A DNA stretch of 64,000 nt. It comes from Centroscyllium fabricii. Taxonomy: Eukaryota. The stretch covers positions 102,610,001 to 102,674,000 of the forward strand of contig JBNRSN020000001.1 in NCBI GenBank assembly GCA_051313645.2, in the 5' to 3' direction. The position numbers and the translations under genes are program-made. How positions within the stretch are numbered: the stretch's first letter is position 1; each line of letters begins with the position of its first letter. This document shows, in pieces, positions 60,711 to 64,000 of this stretch. A model generated the notes under the pieces. The model was not told where the DNA came from. It saw only the letters and a program-made list of their open reading frames with translations, and made no database searches.

Positions 60711-61545
60711 GGGGAGGGGGATTGGCAAGGGGCTGGGGGTGGGTGCAGGGGAGGGGCTGTGCAAGGGGGAAGTGGGTAGGAGTGGGGCAAAGGTGTAGGT
60801 GCGTGGTAGGGGGTTGGGTGTGGGGGAGGGCTTGCGTGCAGGGAAAGTGGGTGGGTGCAGCGCAGGCGGGTAGATGTGGGGGAGTGCGATGTGTGTCAGG
60901 GAGGGGGTGGGGATGTGGATGCCGGGGAGGGGGATGGGAGAGGGGGCTGGGACTGGATGCGGTGGATGGGCGGGGGGGCTGGGGCTGGATGCGGTGGAGG
61001 GTGATGGGAAAGGGGGCTGAGGGTGGGTACGGGTGTGAGGGTGGTTGTGGGAGAGGGGAAGGGTGCAGGGGAGGGGGTGGGTGCGGTGGGGGTGGGGGTG
61101 GCGGAGGAGGGTGAGAATGGGGTAGGGGGGTGGGCGCGGGGAGGGGGTGGGGAGTGGGCATGGGGGGAGAGTGGGTGCAATGGAGGGGGTGGGTGCCAGG
61201 GAGGGCGGTGGACATGGGGGAGTGGGGTGGGTTGTGGAGGAAGGGGTGGGCATGGTGGAGGTGGATCAACAAGGGGGCTGGAGTGGGCGCAGACGAGCGA
61301 TAGGTGTGGGGGAGAGGGATGTGTGCCGGTGAGGAGATGGATGCGGGGGAGGGGTATGTGTACGGGGGTAGGGGGAGTGTGCGGGGGAGGGGGGAGGGCA
61401 AGTGGGCTGGGGGTAGGTGCGGGGGAGGGGGGTGGCTGCCAGGGAGGGTGGTGGGTGCTGGGCAGGAGTGTGGGTACCGGGGTGGAGGGTGGGAACTAGG
61501 GAGCATGGTGAGTGTGGGGGAGCTGGATGGACAAGAGGGATGAAA
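60710..61545 (+). repeat. G-rich low-complexity tract
   Basis: Dense GGG/GGGG runs for ~830 bp. Confidence 0.9.
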
Positions 61546-61651
61546 TTTGACTGAGATCTGAAGTCTTGTACTACTGTAATTTTCTAAACTGATACATTCC
61601 ATCAGTGGTAAAATACGCTATAGTAAATATAGCCAATTGCAAATAGTTATT

Positions 61652-62416
61652 GGGCCAGAACTCCCGATGAACGCAGGAGGTTTTTGAGCCGGGTGTTAGC
61701 GCACCCGAGCTCCGAATTGCAGGGAGCAGCCGTTTCCAGCTGCTACCTGCATTTCCAAAGGCGGCCAGCGGGGGGTCGAGAGCTGCTGCGAGTTGGATCG
61801 CATGCGCCTGCGCACCAGGAGGTGCGCAGTGCACTTCCAATTTTTTTGCGAGTTTTTTATCGGGGTAAGTATTGAAGATTTTACACTTAAAAATATTAGA
61901 CGTAAGCACCCATTTTTAGCAGGTAAGTCTTTATTTTATAGAATTTTAAGCATTATTTTTACAGGTTTTTAATTTTTTTAAACTTTAAAGACAGGTAAGT
62001 ATTCTTTTAGGCCAGTTAAAGACTTTAAAAAAAAAATCTAAATTTTTCTTTTTTCTTTAAAATAGGTAATTTATGTTAGTTAGCATATTGTTAAAAAAAT
62101 GTGTTTTTTTCAAATTTTATTTTTGTGTTTGATGTGTTTTTGAAGCTCTTGCTTTTCAAAACTTACACATATTTCTCAGTGTAAGTTTTGAATGGAGGAT
62201 TGCTTCCATTGATTGGCTCCCTGCCGATCACGTGGTCTCGTGTGATATCTCGTGCTAATTATCCCATTGAGTTACACCAGCAGGTCGCTTAGAACTTTCA
62301 CCAGCTGTATAACTCGGAAGTTCACATCGTAGTATTTCAAAACGACAAAAGTGCAGGGTAAGTGTAACTTGGAGCCTTGCACTCGCAGGAAGACTCCAAG
62401 GCTAATTTCTGGGCCC
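61652..62416. mobile_element. Non-autonomous Harbinger-type element
   Basis: GGGCCAGAA ... TTCTGGGCCC termini; architecture like 14091-14845. Confidence 0.65.
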
Positions 62417-63404
62417 TTATCTCAATAACTTTGAAAGTTTTGTCAGGTCCATTTTCATTTTAAATCAATATGTGCTTTGTGAATCTCCCTCGGCACCTGA
62501 AAACACTCAACTGAGCTGGCTATAGGCTGTTTCTGGCAGAAAAGGCCTTAATAAGAAGTGATTACAAAATGCATTGCATGAGGTAGCTGCTTAGAACGAG
62601 TATTGCATTGTAAATTGGTGAACTGAACATCATACAGGTGAACTGTACAAGCTGAAGTGTAAATTACAGAAGGGAGCATTATGAAAATATATTTTGAGAG
62701 AATTGCGATGGTTTAAAGAGTTAAATTTCATTTGGTTCAACGAATAAGACACAACAGGTTTACAGACTTCAATAATCATATCTCTATTTCATGCTTTTTA
62801 GATACAAATAGCATAATAGATAATCAAAGATGCTTTATAAACATGTATTCAGATGGGTAAGCTTTCAGATCTATTTAGAGTTAAAATTCAGACACAGATC
62901 ACCCATCTAAAAAAATAAAATGACTTTGATACAAACCTAAGGATCATCAAACATGTTGCTCAATTAGGAGAAAGCAACACCTATTGAAGTGTCAAAGAAC
63001 TTCAACATAATTCCCTATAGGTTGCCAGGAGCTCACATTCTACTGCACTTCCTTGTAAAGCTCACGCTGCACAGTTAAAAATAATATTCATATCACAATG
63101 AATTCATCAACATTTGATCATTGTGAAAAAAAAAACTTCCCATCAAATTTATACACTGTATAACAGAACTTCCCCTCCTTCTGGTGCCTGGGGTTGAATT
63201 ATGCTGCATTCCCCAACACGCATTGTATACCTGAGCCTAGGCTGAATGAAGAGGCCCATCCAAATAGCAGATTCCCAGAATGCAACAGTGCTACCCTCTG
63301 CATAACACATTGATATACGACAATGCCAAGAATGTTACTCCGAGTCAAAATAACTCCAGGATGTAGCTTAAAACCTTCCATTGAGCCTAAAATTAGAGGG
63401 GGCA

Positions 63405-63715
63405 TGTGGTAAACCATTAGCAGTAATGCTATACCACTGTCATACTACCATACTGTTATTTGTAAATACCTTGCTGCTGACTATGTAAATACTGTACTGT
63501 GAGCTGTACATACCTGTATGCTAATACTTGTAGGAGCTTGCCCCGGCTGACCCCACCTCTGATTCCTCCTCTGGACTCAGGTACTTAGGTGCTTACTGAT
63601 CCGCCTCTGGTCAGTACACCTCTGAGCTCAGCCAAGACACGCGCCATTCTTCAGTGAATAAAAGCCGTATAGATAAGGTTAACTCTTCGTCTTTGGCCTT
63701 ATTGACGGTACATCA
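63405..63715 (+). mobile_element. Solo LTR related to the 37665 Gypsy family
   Basis: TGTGGTAAACCA...AATAAAAGCC...ATTGACGGTACATCA; 5-bp TSD GGGCA. Confidence 0.92.
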
Positions 63716-64000
63716 GGGCATAGGGTTTACAAACAGGTCAAGGCACACTTTGTGAAAGGCCAGTGTTTCTGTCACCTTGCTGGCGACCAACCCAGCCCAA
63801 TCTTGAGGCCTGTGACAATGGCTGACTCGAACTTTCGCAAGATGTGGATCCCATAACAGATGAGTCAGAATAATGCTGAACAGATGATCCCAATGTTGTG
63901 AGATTCCCAGAAAAATTATTTGATCAAGTTTAACAGGCCACTCCAGATTATCCAATTTAACAAAAGGCAGCACAGATTCTGAGTCAAGGGCCTATAAATT

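Noticed and set aside
60557-61602. Long Pro/His- and Gly-rich ORFs
   Set aside because: Products of the G-rich low-complexity tract

Overview
This is eukaryotic, repeat-saturated DNA with no recognisable host gene. The V-domain (HE1-like) and Deu-domain tRNA SINEs, CR1/L2/Rex1 LINEs and Penelope elements point to a cartilaginous fish (inference). The main structure is a decayed minus-strand endogenous retrovirus spanning 28083-57518, with ~1.18-kb LTRs and a 4-bp ACTC target-site duplication (TSD). It is about 10.5 kb once nested inserts are removed. It carries a coiled-coil Gag with a CCHC knuckle, an in-frame UGA-CUAG gag/pro junction, a YVDD RT, a tether plus a second RNase H, a GPY/F integrase, and an envelope that resembles an F-type fusion protein rather than a gamma-type Env. 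This combination is lokiretrovirus-like. The provirus is split by a Harbinger transposon (itself holding a Gypsy), a very young CsRn1-clade Gypsy, Penelope elements with hammerhead ribozyme motifs, a Rex1 LINE, SINEs and solo LTRs. Outside it lie another two-gene Harbinger, several Harbinger-type MITEs, a Mag-like Gypsy and a SINE-headed CR1-group LINE. All calls were made by eye; no database searches were run.
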